Of a DNA stretch of 64,000 bases, positions 51,694 to 63,828 are shown piece after piece; within the stretch, counting starts at the first letter, position 1, and every line of letters starts with the position of its first letter. Source of the DNA: Camelus ferus. Taxonomy: Eukaryota. Below the pieces are notes generated by a model. It ran no database searches. It was not told the DNA's origin and was given only the letters and a program-made list of their open reading frames with translations. Made by a program: the position numbers and the translations under genes. The stretch lies in the NCBI RefSeq assembly GCF_009834535.1, contig NC_045696.1, forward strand, positions 116,624,001-116,688,000, read 5' to 3'.

Positions 51694-52690
51694 CTTGTGT
51701 GAGACGATCGCCTTTCACCTGGAAATCCACCCCTCTCTGCCTGCTCACGGCCATTACAGATGCGCTGGACTGACTCCTGTAAGTGTTTCCCCTATGGCAG
51801 TAGGGGGCGCTGGAGACACTGCAGAAAAAGGGGGCTTTTCCTCCTGGTTCCGTGGGCTGCTTCTTGGGGGGCTCCTGCAGTACACGGTGACCAGTAGTGT
51901 GCTGGACACCCAGGGACACTCACCTTCAGTTGCCACTTCTGATGCCAGCCTTGGTCCCCCCTGCACCCCAGCAGGAGGCTCTCTGTTTGCCCTGCCTGCA
52001 TTTCATTGCCCTCCAGCCTCAGTCCAGTGACGGTGGCCATTTCTGATCCCGGCAACTCAGCAGACCTCTCTGCTTTCAGTGGTCTCCGTCTGCACCTTTT
52101 CCAACCAAGTCCAGAGACTATCTTTGGGAATGCTGTTTCCAAAGTTGTTCCCTCCTAGGCGAGTCTCCCTCCACCCTCGGGGGTGCTCTTTAACATGCTA
52201 AATAATTACTAATTTTTTATACTAAACATTTCCTGTTCCAATCACTGTTTTCTGTCTTTTGACTGGACCTGATACATACTTCAGGTAGCAGGTGCTCCTG
52301 GTGCCCTGCCCGTATCTGCTGTGTGCACACCGCTCTGCTCCAAGCCCCGGGATTCCTGCTGTAAGCACCTGTGACTCGATGCTAAGGCTTTGTCTTTGCT
52401 TGAGGCAAGCTGGGCATGCTATGGAGATAGCACATCTGGGAGCCTCCCTCAGCCCATGACAGGTGAGATTTTTGAGGATAAAGGTACCGGCTTCTCCCTC
52501 CTCTGATGGGGCAAGTCATGGCCACATTTACAACATCTCCCAAAGCTCCTCTGGGGTATTGAAACTCAGCTGCTCACTGTGATTGTCTGCTCAATAACAC
52601 GTCTTTTATGGGCTTCCTTTCTCTCCTTGTCTTACCTCCCCACTCCCCTACTGGTATTTCCTGAAGTCATCCCCCAAATAAACTATTTCA
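51694..52690. mobile_element. Two adjacent ERVL-class LTR remnants (second is LTR16-like)
   Basis: First runs tgtgtgagac...gactggacctgataca (about 52276); second has ctggtgccctgcccgtatc...ccccaaataaacta. Confidence 0.5.
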
Positions 52691-53089
52691 CTATCACTTT
52701 TTAATATATCAGGACAGGCTCCTAGTACTCAAATGAATACTTCACATCTCAGAGAGGAGGGCTGAAGAGTCCGAGAATATGTCTTGTCCAAAGTCAAACG
52801 GTCACAGAGCGAAGTTAAAAACTCATCTCAAGTCTCATTATTTACGTTTACTTCAGCATTTATCTCTATAAAGATATTAAATAAATTTCAGAACTGTTAG
52901 TCTACACACATAAACCCTAGAATACAGGTGCCCCATATATAAAAATTAAATTGCTTAAAAGTGAATCTCTGTAAAGGTCTCCCGAAGCAGTTACATGGGC
53001 ATCATGAGAATAAATATAGAAAGTTTCTGATTACAGAAAACTTTGTGTTCTCGTTGTTTTGTACATGATTGTTGACTGCCAGCGGGTTC

Positions 53090-53594
53090 TGTAACAGGGA
53101 AGAACAAATCTGACTCCATGTTGGATCTGTTTCTTTCACTTTAACCTTCATCTTCTATTGCTTTAGCTGTAAGTTAATCAACAAAAGGACACTGCCTATA
53201 AGCTTAAATTACACATAATAGCCCATCTCTGGGAACCCTGCCTCCCAGGTAATGAGCATTAAGCTAAACTCCTTTTTTCTTTTTCTTTTTTAGCTCATAG
53301 GAAACATCCTGACAAGGCCCACCTGTGAATGACTGCAGGCAAGAAGAAAAATTAGCACCTCCGCTTCGGAGGCTGACCAGAACCTGGAAATGTTTGCCTT
53401 TACTCCCTCCCCTTTTAGTATAAAAGCAGCATGAATTCTAACTCAGGCACGATGGTTCTTTGGGACGCTAGTGCCCCATCTTCTCGGTCTGCTGGCTTTC
53501 CAAATACAGTTGCTATTCCTTGAGTCCCAACAACTCTTTTCTCCATTTATTGGCCTGTCATGCAGTGAGCAGTATGAGCTTGGACCCGGTAAAA
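53090..53594 (+). mobile_element. ERV1 solo LTR (MER41-like)
   Basis: tgtaacagggaagaacaaatctgactccatgttggatc start; TATA-like gtataaaa; ccatcttctcggtctgctggctttcc core. Confidence 0.65.
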
Positions 53595-53719
53595 TCACTG
53601 CCTCTCCATAGTCAGATTATAGGTTATTAGTTATTTTTCAGTGAATGTGATCAAAGCAGCATAAAGTGGCTCTTACGGCTTCTATATGCAGCTGGTTCTG
53701 TGTGGAAATATGAAGCCTT

Positions 53720-54276
53720 TGTTAGGCAGTTAGATAGACAGGAGCACCAGGCAAGGGGGGAGGAAGTAACCCAGAAAATAACAGTGCACCTGTGCTTAGG
53801 ATAAGGAACTTCAAAAACTTACTTTGTCTAAATGAGGGACAGCAAAGAAGCAGGCTAGGATCAAACGCTGCGGCTGCGCAGTGGAGAGGAGGACCTGGCT
53901 TAACTTGACCCAGCGCTCATTATAATGTAATTAACATTGCAGTTTGAGCCCCTCCTGTAGGTTTTCTCTGTGTGCATCACGGGTAAGAACATGCATGAAA
54001 GGGACGAGTGTGCCTGAGCACAAGGAATGTGAGCTGTCAATCAATCACGAAAATGCCCCCTAAGCCAAGACATAAAACAGGAGGAACAAGCAGCCACAGC
54101 ATTTTCCCTCTCTTGGGTCGGCCCGCCCCCAAATTCTCGGGGGTGTACTATGTTTTACTACGTTTACTTCACTGATAAAATCTTCTGTGTCTATCACGCT
54201 CTGTCTCCCATTAGAAATTCTTTTTTTCTGGTGACTTAGAGCCAAGGTAACTTTTATTCTCCTCCTTCCAGTAACA
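53720..54276 (+). mobile_element. ERV solo LTR with 4-bp TSD
   Basis: TGTTA...TAACA inverted ends; cctt on both flanks (53716-53719, 54277-54280); CCAAT/TATA-like and polyA-like signals inside. Confidence 0.8.
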
Positions 54277-54756
54277 CCTTGATTTCTACTTCGTATGTAA
54301 CAGCCTCTGTAACTAACACTGGGGAAGACGCTGGGTCGGCTGTCCTCGGAGCGCACCGTGCTGCACGTAGCCCTGGGGGGAAGCTTCTCTCCCAGGCCAC
54401 GCCCCTAATGAAGCAGCGCTCCGTCCCCAAGCCAGCCTGATGAGGCTGACGTGCACCGATGCCATCCTGGTTATAAACCTTTCGCAAGGGTATCATGGGG
54501 CTAAACTGGCAATAGAAAAGATGGCGATGGAGGGAACCTCTTCTAATTAGAAAGTGGTCTATTCGTCTAGCCGTACGGTTTTAAAACACAGAGGAATATC
54601 TGAAATAGACAGAAAATGTTGAGTTTCCTAGAAGAAGGTTGACATTGCTACACATCTTATTAAACATCTAACAGAGAATCACATATTATTACGGATAAAC
54701 TCCCACTTGCTTGAGACCTACTTCAGCCCATGCTGGTTTCTTTGTCCTCCAGGCTA

Positions 54757-55272
54757 GAGCAGGAATCTCAAACGTCAGCAGCGCCAGAACCATCACAGAT
54801 CGCCGGACCCGCCCTCCGGGTTTCTGTACGCCTGGGGTGGGGCCTGAGTATTTGCATTTCTAACTAGTTCCCGGTGAGCCTGCTGTTTTTTTCCAATCAA
54901 GGGACCACATTTTGAGAAGCGCTGTTCTAGAGGAGTGTGTTTTCAATCCTAGGTGCATATTGGAGTCACCTGGGGGAGTTTTAACTATTACTGATGCTTG
55001 GCTCCCACTCAAACTGAAGCAACATCTTTGAGATCAGGGCCAGGAATCTGACTTGTCAAAGCTGCACAGGTGATTCCCATGGGTAAGCCAGAGTCAAGAA
55101 CTAGTGTTTTCCCCAGTGTTTCTAAAACACTGTAACACGTATTCCTGGAGATCCTGTTAAAATGCAGGTGCTATTCAGTAGCTCTGGGACGGGGTCCAAA
55201 ATTTGCATTTTTGATCAGCTCTCAGGATGAAGCTGCCGCAGCTGCTCCACAGATCACATTTTGAGAACCAAG
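54757..55272. mobile_element. Three abutting MER5-family hAT MITEs
   Basis: Three repeats of the MER5A/B pattern (tctcaaa...tttgcatttctaac...cacattttgagaa) at about 54757-54930, 54933-55105 and 55113-55272. Confidence 0.65.
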
Positions 55273-56690
55273 CGTCGCAAAAGCTGTCTCATTTATCCTT
55301 GTTCTGGGGATGTGGTCTTTGTGTAAATTAGCCAGAAAATATACTACATGAACCAGAGCTAGGGCTCAAATATCTTTTCGGTACTAGAAGCCAGAGATGA
55401 CAGTTTGATTTTATTCTAGTTTATCTGATTAGAGCAAGAGGAACATCAGGACTCATTTTGGGCAATGGGTTACCATGGTGACTTTCCGAAATCTACATTT
55501 CCACCTGGGGGCCTCCGGACATCACTGCTCATCACAGTAAGGGACCCCAAAGATGCTCAGAGTGTGGGCCACAGAGCTGCAGCCCCTCTGGGGGCCTGGT
55601 ATTCCCCCCCGAGAGATGAGGCTGAGTTTGAGCCCCTTCCTCAGCTGCGGTTCACACAACCCTCACACCGAGTTGAAAGATAATTCTTCCTCGGGACCAG
55701 TTAACCATTGTGAAGAAGAAAGTGCCTGCTGGAGTTCGGGGGACTTGGCCCTGGTAGAATATTCACTGAGAGCAAGCGTACCAAAGGGATGGTATGTGTA
55801 GCCTTTACCCCACAGGGAATTCTTAAGTGAGCGTGGTTCCTTGAAGGGAGTATACTGGTTTCTTGCTAAAATGAAAAGCACAGATAAACACTTTTAAGTC
55901 TCACTTCTTCCCATTTTATTTTCTGTTGTATTCAAATGTATCACATATATATGTTCTATTTCTATCAAGTCAACTGCAAAAAAAAAAAAAAAAAAAAAAA
56001 AAACCCAAAAAACAAAAACCCCAAATCTAAAAATCAAAGCCTTCAGTTCAGTATTACCTTCCATCTCATTCCCAGCCTTCTCTCTCCATAGGGGAAAACC
56101 TGAGGCAGGAGGAGAGAGTCCAAGGCATGGTTCTATCTGCCCAGCCTGTTTTTTACCCCTAGAACGTATAGCTATCGAATTCCCTGGAACCACAGGTGCA
56201 GATGCGCCGTCCTTGCCTCACTGGGCTGTCCTCAGGTCCTTTGTGAGCTCTTTATTCAGGGCGCTATTGAGTGACACGCCCCGAGGAGCCGCTTCTTTCA
56301 GGACACACGCTGCAGGGAGTGACATTTAGCTTAGTCCCTCTGGTGGGACCTGCTCTCTCCACGGGAAACCCAGGGGAGGCTCTGAAGGCTTCCGTGTGAC
56401 GTGGCCGACATTTCATCATCTCTGCTTCCAGCCGAGGAGCTCTGGGAAGAGAGCAAGACCGCTTGCTAGAAAGTTCTGAGGCTTGTGGCTGGCAGAGCCC
56501 AGGTCTTCTGCGGCCGCGGCTGGTGGGGCTGGTGGGCCCGGCGTGCATGTGTGTGTGATTTCTGAAGCAATCACGAATTTCCATAGAGAATCTTTATGGG
56601 CAAAAAAGAAAAAAGTACACGTTTTATGTAGTATTTTCACGAGGGAATGTACTTCCTGGATCTTTCTGAAACTGTAAAGAGTTTTTAAAA

Positions 56691-56827
56691 GTTTATTTAA
56701 AAAAAATTTGTGGGGGGTATAATTAGGTTTTTTATTTATTTTTTTTTTAAGGGAGGTGCTGGGGATTGAACCCAGGGCCTCGTACACGCTAGGCGTGCGC
56801 TCTACCACTGAGCTACACCCTCCCCCC
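56691..56827 (-). mobile_element. tRNA-derived SINE (Vic-1-like)
   Basis: gggtgtagctcagtggtagagcgc...gggttcaatccccagcacc; TSD aagagtttttaaaa at 56677-56690 and 56828-56841. Confidence 0.85.
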
Positions 56828-57214
56828 AAGAGTTTTTAAAAAGGGCTTTAATTACTAAAATTCAGATAAAGAAATCAGAAGCCACACAGATTGGGGCCAG
56901 GACGGCTGGGAGCAGAGAGCATATTTTTTACCTGGTACCTCCTCAATGACTTTTTTTTCAAGGTCAATGCTGACATGATTGTTAATATGTGAGAAGTAGA
57001 TTGTAGGGTACATAGTATAAAGGCTTGACTGTGACCTACGCAGAGAGGATGTCAAAGGGGCGCATTTTCTGGAAGTTAGCCTGGGGCACCTGGGGGAGAG
57101 GGAGGAGGAGGGGAGGAGGGAAGAGGGTTGGGGAGAAGGCGGGGAGGTGGAAGAATCAGGAAGGGCAGGGTGGGAGGAGGAGGGGAGGGAGGAGGGAGCC
57201 AGGGGAGAGAGCTG

Positions 57215-57420
57215 ACATTTGCTTAGCATTTATTATATGTCAGGCAGTGTGCGTTCACATAAATTACTTCATTAAATCTTCACAAAGACTCTGCAAGTTA
57301 GATGTAGCTTAATCCTATATATTCAGATGGAGAAATGGAGACTCAGAAGTGTTAAAAACAACTTGACTGAGGTCCCAGAGCAAGTTAAAAATGGTTGGCG
57401 GCAAACCCTCACTTGTGTTC
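57215..57420 (-). mobile_element. MIR SINE (other MIR-like pieces near 13350-13600, 20500-20720, 38140-38290, 47290-47520, 63300-63440)
   Basis: MIR core cagatggagaaatggagactcagaagtgttaa...acttgactgaggtcccagagc. Confidence 0.6.
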
Positions 57421-58971
57421 CGCCAAAACTCCTCCTTCCTCAGCATCCTATTTATTTTGGGCGTTTGTCATTGGAGACAATGAACAAATGGGGCAAAGGA
57501 AGCCTCTGGAACAGCCCTTCACTGAGGCTGTACATGAACTGAGGCTCTCTGTGTAGGGGTGGTGGTGATCTGAGGAAGACGACATTTGGAGAATTACAGA
57601 TTCTAGGATAAAGGCGATGTCTGATAAGGATGACCTTAGACAATGAACTGTCCCCCTTTGTGAGACAAAGCAGCCTTTGCAAGAACTGTTTGGAGCAAGC
57701 TATTTCCAGTGCTCTGGATAAAATAATCCTGACAGGGGCAGGTCCACTCCACACAGGGGCCACCCCCAGCACTGTCATTCTCTCACCAAACACTTGGTTT
57801 ACATCACATCCAAAACACGATTCCTCCCAATCCGGGTAGAACTGACCCATTTATCAGACTTCAAAGGGCATTTTCACTTTCTTCCTTCTAGAAAATCCAA
57901 ATGAAACCCAGAGACCCACAACAAATCAAGTGGTCCTCGTGCGTGACCCGTAGTTGGCACTCAACCGTTAGAGCTGGAGTAGCGAGTGAATGTTCAAAGT
58001 TGTCTTGCAGGACGTGATCCACCACTTTCACAAAAAAAATCACGGACGCGTCAGGAACCGTGTGGAAACAGTATTGCATGCAATTTTCAGTTGAAATTGG
58101 TTTGATTCTAGTCAGTCTGTCTCCTGCAGAACCAACTCTTCCTTATGGAGATGATTACACTTCTTACGGCCATGTGTCTAGAGTTTTTTTTCCTCTGGAG
58201 CAGATGTATCAGAATCACTGGGTACCCAGCCCACGTCTTAGGTGTCAGGGCCTCGAAATCTATTTTAATAAGAGCCCCTGTTATTCAAACTAAAATAAGA
58301 GAACTACTATATAGGGTTAACCAGGCCTATTATGCAATTATAGACCCAGCGTTGTCTTAAATATAATTTAGATGCCAGCCAACCCAGGTGTGACATAGCT
58401 AGGACTCAATCTTGTGATGCTCTAGATTCTATCCAGAGCAGTATTTCCCAGTCTTTAACGTATATGTCACCCAGGGAGTTTACCAAGTGGTAGATCCCCA
58501 GATGCCATCCAAAGGGACTGGGCTGAAGCCAGATTTTCCACATGTTAAAGAACTAACTCCGTGTGATTCTGATGCAAGCATTCCGCTAACGCCACACCTA
58601 ATACAGAGCCCTTCAGGAAAACAATATTCTTGTCAAATAGTGAAGCAACCTCGGGGATAATCATGAACCAACAACACTTAGTTCTATCTGAATGGCCCTT
58701 AAAATGACGACATAGGTCAGGATGAGCAACTGCCAATACAAATAAATACATTAAATCCAGCATGTTGCCTTTGCCTCAGTTTTCCCGTCCACTTAGGCAG
58801 GGAGAGACTTGAGTTTTGGAGGTGGGGTTGGGGTAGAAGACATGGAGTCTTAAGTGATGTACTGTTTCCATTTTTCTTGGAGAAGGTTTGTAGCCTTTCC
58901 GCTACTCTAGCCAATTTTAGGGTATAAGATTCACACACCAGAAGTCTTGCTTTGTGTAGATGTCTTTCATA

Positions 58972-59080
58972 ACTTTTATTTATTTATTTTGCCCTCAGCA
59001 GAGGCACTGGGGATTGAACCCAGGGCCCCGTGCACGCCAAGCACGCGCTCTACCACTGAGCTTTACTCCCACCCCCACCC
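58972..59080 (-). mobile_element. tRNA-derived SINE (Vic-1-like)
   Basis: Minus strand gtaaagctcagtggtagagcgcgtgcttggcgtgcacggggccctgggttcaatcccc with A-rich tail. Confidence 0.75.
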
Positions 59081-59739
59081 GCTGTGTAGAGGATTTAATG
59101 ATACAATTTTCAAATTGTTTATTTTTTGTGGTGGGAAATGATTCCAGAATGTGAATTCAATATGTTTTCTAAGAATATCTGGGATGATGAGGCCCTAAAC
59201 ATTCTTCCACATAAAATAAAACTTTAACGAAGGCGTTTAAATTATTCTCACGCCAGCATCTGAATTTGCCGTTGGTTGACATGGAGGAAGCAGTCTGGGT
59301 TCTAGACTGTCTCCAGCATCCTAGCTGTGTAATCTCTGGGGCTTACGTTTTTTTTTTTTTTTTCTCTGCAAGATGAGAATGAAAACACCGGCTCTGCGTA
59401 ACTTACAGCATGGTTGAGAGCTTTAAAGAAAAAAATTAAAAGTGCTGATCCAAAGCGAGCTGGCATCACCCTCCCAAGCCATAGCTCAGAAGTCTTAGCT
59501 CCATTTTGGAATTTTTCACGGGTCTCCTCGAGCTCTTCTGAAAGAATGGCACAGAGGAAGGATACACCCAAGGTTTTCTCCCTTAATTTGAAGCCCAAAT
59601 AATAGCTCAATGTAATTGTGATCTCATGTTCCCTGGACCAGAAGCACAGAGTAAGACGGCTGCCGGCCCAGCTGGGGCAGGCTCAATGCAGGCTGCTCTG
59701 TGAGTCAGCAGAGCCCAGGCGGAACCCTCCCTAACCTCA

Positions 59740-60597
59740 CGCCGGACGCTCAGTCCGTGTTTTTATTTCATTAATAAAATCTGACCTCGTCTTTTGTAAT
59801 CCAGAAGCGTGATGATACATTTGTTGCAAACTGCATGCAGATAAAAGGGGGATTCCTTTTGAAACTACATCCTCTTAATAATAAATAATTTTTGATCTAT
59901 TATACATAACAAGAGTGCATTTCTTGTTAAAACGGCAAGCTTTTTTTTTTTTTTTACCAAAATGAAAACATTCATTTCTTTATAAATATTTTAAATAGTT
60001 TAAATACGTATTTCATACGAAGGATATAAAAATAGCTTTTTTTTTTGATAAATAAAGACATTCATTTTTTACATGGCAAATAACGTGCACTAGCTAACCA
60101 CCGGCCACTGGCTCTATGTGACTGATTGTCTAGGAGATGACATGCAGTGATAATTGTCCCTTGGCCTTCTATATTTCAAAAATAGATCAGCGGGAGCTGT
60201 GCGCTCCCGAGGCCCGCAGTGCGGTGGGTATTGTTCAGGAGTGACACACAGGCACTCAGGAAAAACCTCTGCTGCATTTCACAAAAGCCACCTAGGACAA
60301 AACCAATCCACAAATTCTTTGTCTGGGACTCCGAGCCGCTCAGACCCGCAGGGTCTTTGGACTTTTACCCAAGTCTGTCAAACAGACCAGTAAGTTAATA
60401 TCTGTACAGGAAAATGTTCCTACTTCGTTTCTAGGACCCAGGGCGTGTCTGCTGCAGCATGAAGGTGGTTCTGCCTTTGCCGGCCCCTCGTGCTCTCTTC
60501 CTCGGGACCCCCAGCATCACCCAGCCTTCACGCTGCTGGGGGTGAGGAAGGCAAACCAGAGCTGTCCTGCGGGGAGGGGCTGAAACAGGCACGAGTG
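59740..60597 (-). other. KCNH8: Probable KCNH8 3' UTR with AU-rich segment and candidate polyA signal
   Basis: Repeat-free sequence after the stop codon; AT-rich block at about 59860-60070; AATAAA on the minus strand at 59767-59762. The real 3' end cannot be determined from sequence alone. Confidence 0.5.
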
Positions 60598-61284
60598 TCA
60601 TACATTTATGGCTTTCTTGTCCTTCGCTTCTGCTGTGCTGGTGACAACTTCCAGTGGAAAGTTCTCCAAGGGGTCAGGAGAGACTGACGCCCTTCGTCCC
60701 CGCTCCCAAGATCCTGGCAAGTTCTCCAGACTGAAGGAACTCACGGCTCCCTGGCCCAAGCTGCCCTCCTCCGATCTGCTGGGGAGAACCAGGTGCAAAG
60801 ATGTTTCGGAGGAGGAGCAGACAGAGGACGAGAGCGTCGCCGAGATGGACTGCAGGGGCGTCAGGGTGGTATCTGACTGTGGAGAGATGCACCTTAGAAA
60901 CTGCAAATGACCTTCCTGGACAACCTGGTGGTGGGCAGGTGAATAAAACGGTTCAGCGTCTGCAGGATTTCGCTCGGGAGCTCCAGTTCGCCGGGGGCTG
61001 CTCCCCACAGAGGAGGGATCCACACTCCATATGTCCGAGGTGACGTTCCCGTGACAAAGCTGTGTTTGGGAATAAGCAGCGCCACCTGCCTGCAAGTGTA
61101 GGCAGGGCTGGTGCGCACTCCAGGTCGTCCTGGTCTGGAAGCTGTCCCTGGAGGGACACATGGAGGTGGTGTGCAGGGAGCAGAGCCGAGAGGGCTGCTG
61201 GGGGGACAGAACGTGTTCTAGAAGTTGCATCACAGTTCTCATGTCTTTACCTAACTGGGAGACCTCCTGAGTCAGGCTCGTTAC
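60598..61284 (-). CDS. KCNH8: Terminal coding exon of voltage-gated K+ channel Kv12.1/Elk1 (C-terminal tail; upstream exons not found in window)
   Basis: Open frame [16 protein letters not shown]...[50 protein letters not shown]...[18 protein letters not shown] matches the recalled KCNH8 C-terminus. Phase-0 acceptor ttgctttgtccacgcag|GTA at 61285/61284; stop TGA at 60600-60598. Confidence 0.95.
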   Translation of the reverse strand, partial: VTSLTQEVSQLGKDMRTVMQLLEHVLSPQQPSRLCSLHTTSMCPSRDSFQTRTTWSAHQPCLHLQAGGAAYSQTQLCHGNVTSDIWSVDPSSVGSSPRRTGAPERNPADAEPFYSPAHHQVVQEGHLQFLRCISPQSDTTLTPLQSISATLSSSVCSSSETSLHLVLPSRSEEGSLGQGAVSSFSLENLPGSWERGRRASVSPDPLENFPLEVVTSTAEAKDKKAINV

Positions 61285-63794
61285 CTGCGTGGACAAAGCA
61301 AAGCAAAAGGCAATCATCAGAGGAGCCTGGTAGTGATTTCAGAGCAGGAAGGGGCGTGAGATTTCTCAGTAAGAAGGTCTGGAAGGCTGCTCCACCTCCA
61401 ACTCCAGCCAAGCCCACAGGCGGAACGGGGAGGCTGGGTACCCGATCTCAAGCCACCCTCATTCGGAGGGAACCTAGAAAGACATGAATAGCCTGGCATT
61501 CTTACCTGGCGATTTTGGGGTTCTGGGACCAAAATTAGAGACAGAGGTTCATCATCTCTTATATCTCTTAAATACAGACGGCATCTTTTGCTTCCTGAGT
61601 TAGTGATGCACACCAACCATCCCAAATACCTTAAAACAACGCAGGGTGGTGAGCACTGTTCATAAAGCACTCAGCACGCTGCCTGCCAGAGCAGATACCC
61701 AGAAAATGACAGCTCTTGCTTCTGTCTGTCACTTCTGGCCAAGATCTATGCTTCTTCAGAAACACACTGGCCTTCGTGGGATGGTGAGGGGGGTAAACAC
61801 GACCTCACACCAGAGTTGCTACGGAGAATGTCTACAGGAAAAGGAGAAGCTGCAAAATGAGCTTAGAGATAAGATCTTCAAGGAGGGTCCATACAGGTAA
61901 GCATGGTGGGGAAGCTGGGAGTGCCGGGGTCCATCAGGGAACTGGAGCCCCCGTGGAATTAGAACTCTGTGCGGTAAGTGCTTTATTCATTTTCTACGTG
62001 AGATGTTTAGTGTTCGTAAGATTTTCAGAGACATGACCCTCAAACTCTCAAGAACCACTGAAGAGTTTGCATTATTCCTTTTACACTTAAAACCAATATT
62101 ATAATTCACAGGAGGACTTACTTTCCTAACAACCGCATCACATTTTTAACCATGGAAGACCACCAGAAGATTGAATTTGACTGAAATCCAGCTTTTCTGG
62201 GGTATTTATATACTTGAAAGTGAGGAAAACCTATCTTTCAGAAAGCAGGAATCGCACACATTTTCTAGTCTCTGGTTAGATTCATAACACTAACACGTAT
62301 TGTAATATTTTGCCTTCATTGCTATAAGATTATATTTTATAAAGGATTTCCTATGCCTGGATTTTATTATCGTGAATCATGAACTCCAATATAAGCAGCT
62401 GAACTCACTGGCTAAATACCATCAGAAAACAAAACAAAACAAAACAAAAGGGCAGTCCAACTTCAATGACGCCAAAACCGAGATTACAGTTTTGGGCAGA
62501 CATTTTTCAATATTTAAGTACACACTCCTAATTTGTCCAGTAACTTGATTCAGTCCATTTCCTTGTAAGTACATTCTGAAGCTAATTCTCCCTGGCAGGC
62601 CCATCAGGAGGTAGTGCCGCTCAAATCAGGCATTTAAAAATGGCCAGAAGGAGGTTTTTTTTCCTGGTTCAGGCAACCAACTGGTAACACCTGCCTTGAA
62701 ATTGCCAGGCCAGAACTATTTCTGCTTTGCTGCTTGCATGGAACTCGAGGGACTAGATCGAATACTTCTGCCCAGGCTTTTCAGCAGATCTAAAACTTTT
62801 GGCGACAAAAAGATACCCCTGAGACTCACACTTAAGAAGTGAAACGGTGAATCCGAGAAAGAGTCTCTGAGTTTTAAAATGTTCACTGCAGGTTGTCAAT
62901 TTCATAACCTGCCAAGCCTCAATTCTAAAGCACACGGGTGACACCAGTCAGTCTCTGGATCTCAGCACAGCGGACATTCACCCAGGGGGTCTATCTTGAG
63001 TTGATTAGCTCTTCTCTCAGAATTTCAGAAGGCTGATGCTAGATGAGATCCTTGAAGGATATATTAACCATTCATTCCTGTAGGTTGTTGAAGCTTAATG
63101 CCTGTATCAAATTCACCAGGGCTCATCTGGTGAATTATTAGCATTGAATGAAGACATAATGTTTGAAGGACAACTTTGTATTTTAGGCACACCAACAATT
63201 ACATTTTTCAACAAATACTTGAGTAAATGTGTAACATAACATGCTTTTAGGTACATTTTCCCTATTGATTCTATAGAAACACTACAATCAGCAGGATACA
63301 TGATTATTTCTTCACCTGTAAAATGGGGACATTAAAGCCCAGAGGTTAAATGACATTTTAAAGTCGCTTATTTCATGAATGACAGTCTTTGATCTGGAAT
63401 TCGAGCCTTCTAGGTTTGGTGCTGTTTCTATTACAGTGTATTACCATATGGAAAAGGAGACATTAAGAGTTGAGAAAGTTTTGCTAATGTGGTGAGAATG
63501 AGTGAGGAGCACAGATGATACAAAAATTAGCCTCGTGTGAAAGTTGTCTGAAATGGTAATTCAACATCAAATAAGCAAACAGCGCCATCTCTTAAAAAAA
63601 AAAATCAGGAGACTGATTAAGCACAGTAAAATCTCTTCACAGCAAATTATGTGAATGGGACTACAACAAAAAAGGTTTGTATTAAAGGAAAATCTGGAAC
63701 TGGGCAGTATGTTAATAGACATATTGTTGATAAAGAGCTTTCAGAATAAATGGGTATTTTCCTGTGGCTGAAATATCTTTCCTTGGCCATATTC

Positions 63795-63797
63795 ACT

Positions 63798-63828
<31 letters not shown>

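Noticed and set aside
56750..56827. tRNA-Ala-like sequences (also about 5910-5988 and 59000-59080)
   Set aside because: A-rich tails, plus TSDs on two of the three copies, show they are SINEs, not tRNA genes.
60608..61487. Overlapping and antisense ORFs on the KCNH8 exon
   Set aside because: Expected by-products of GC-rich coding sequence.
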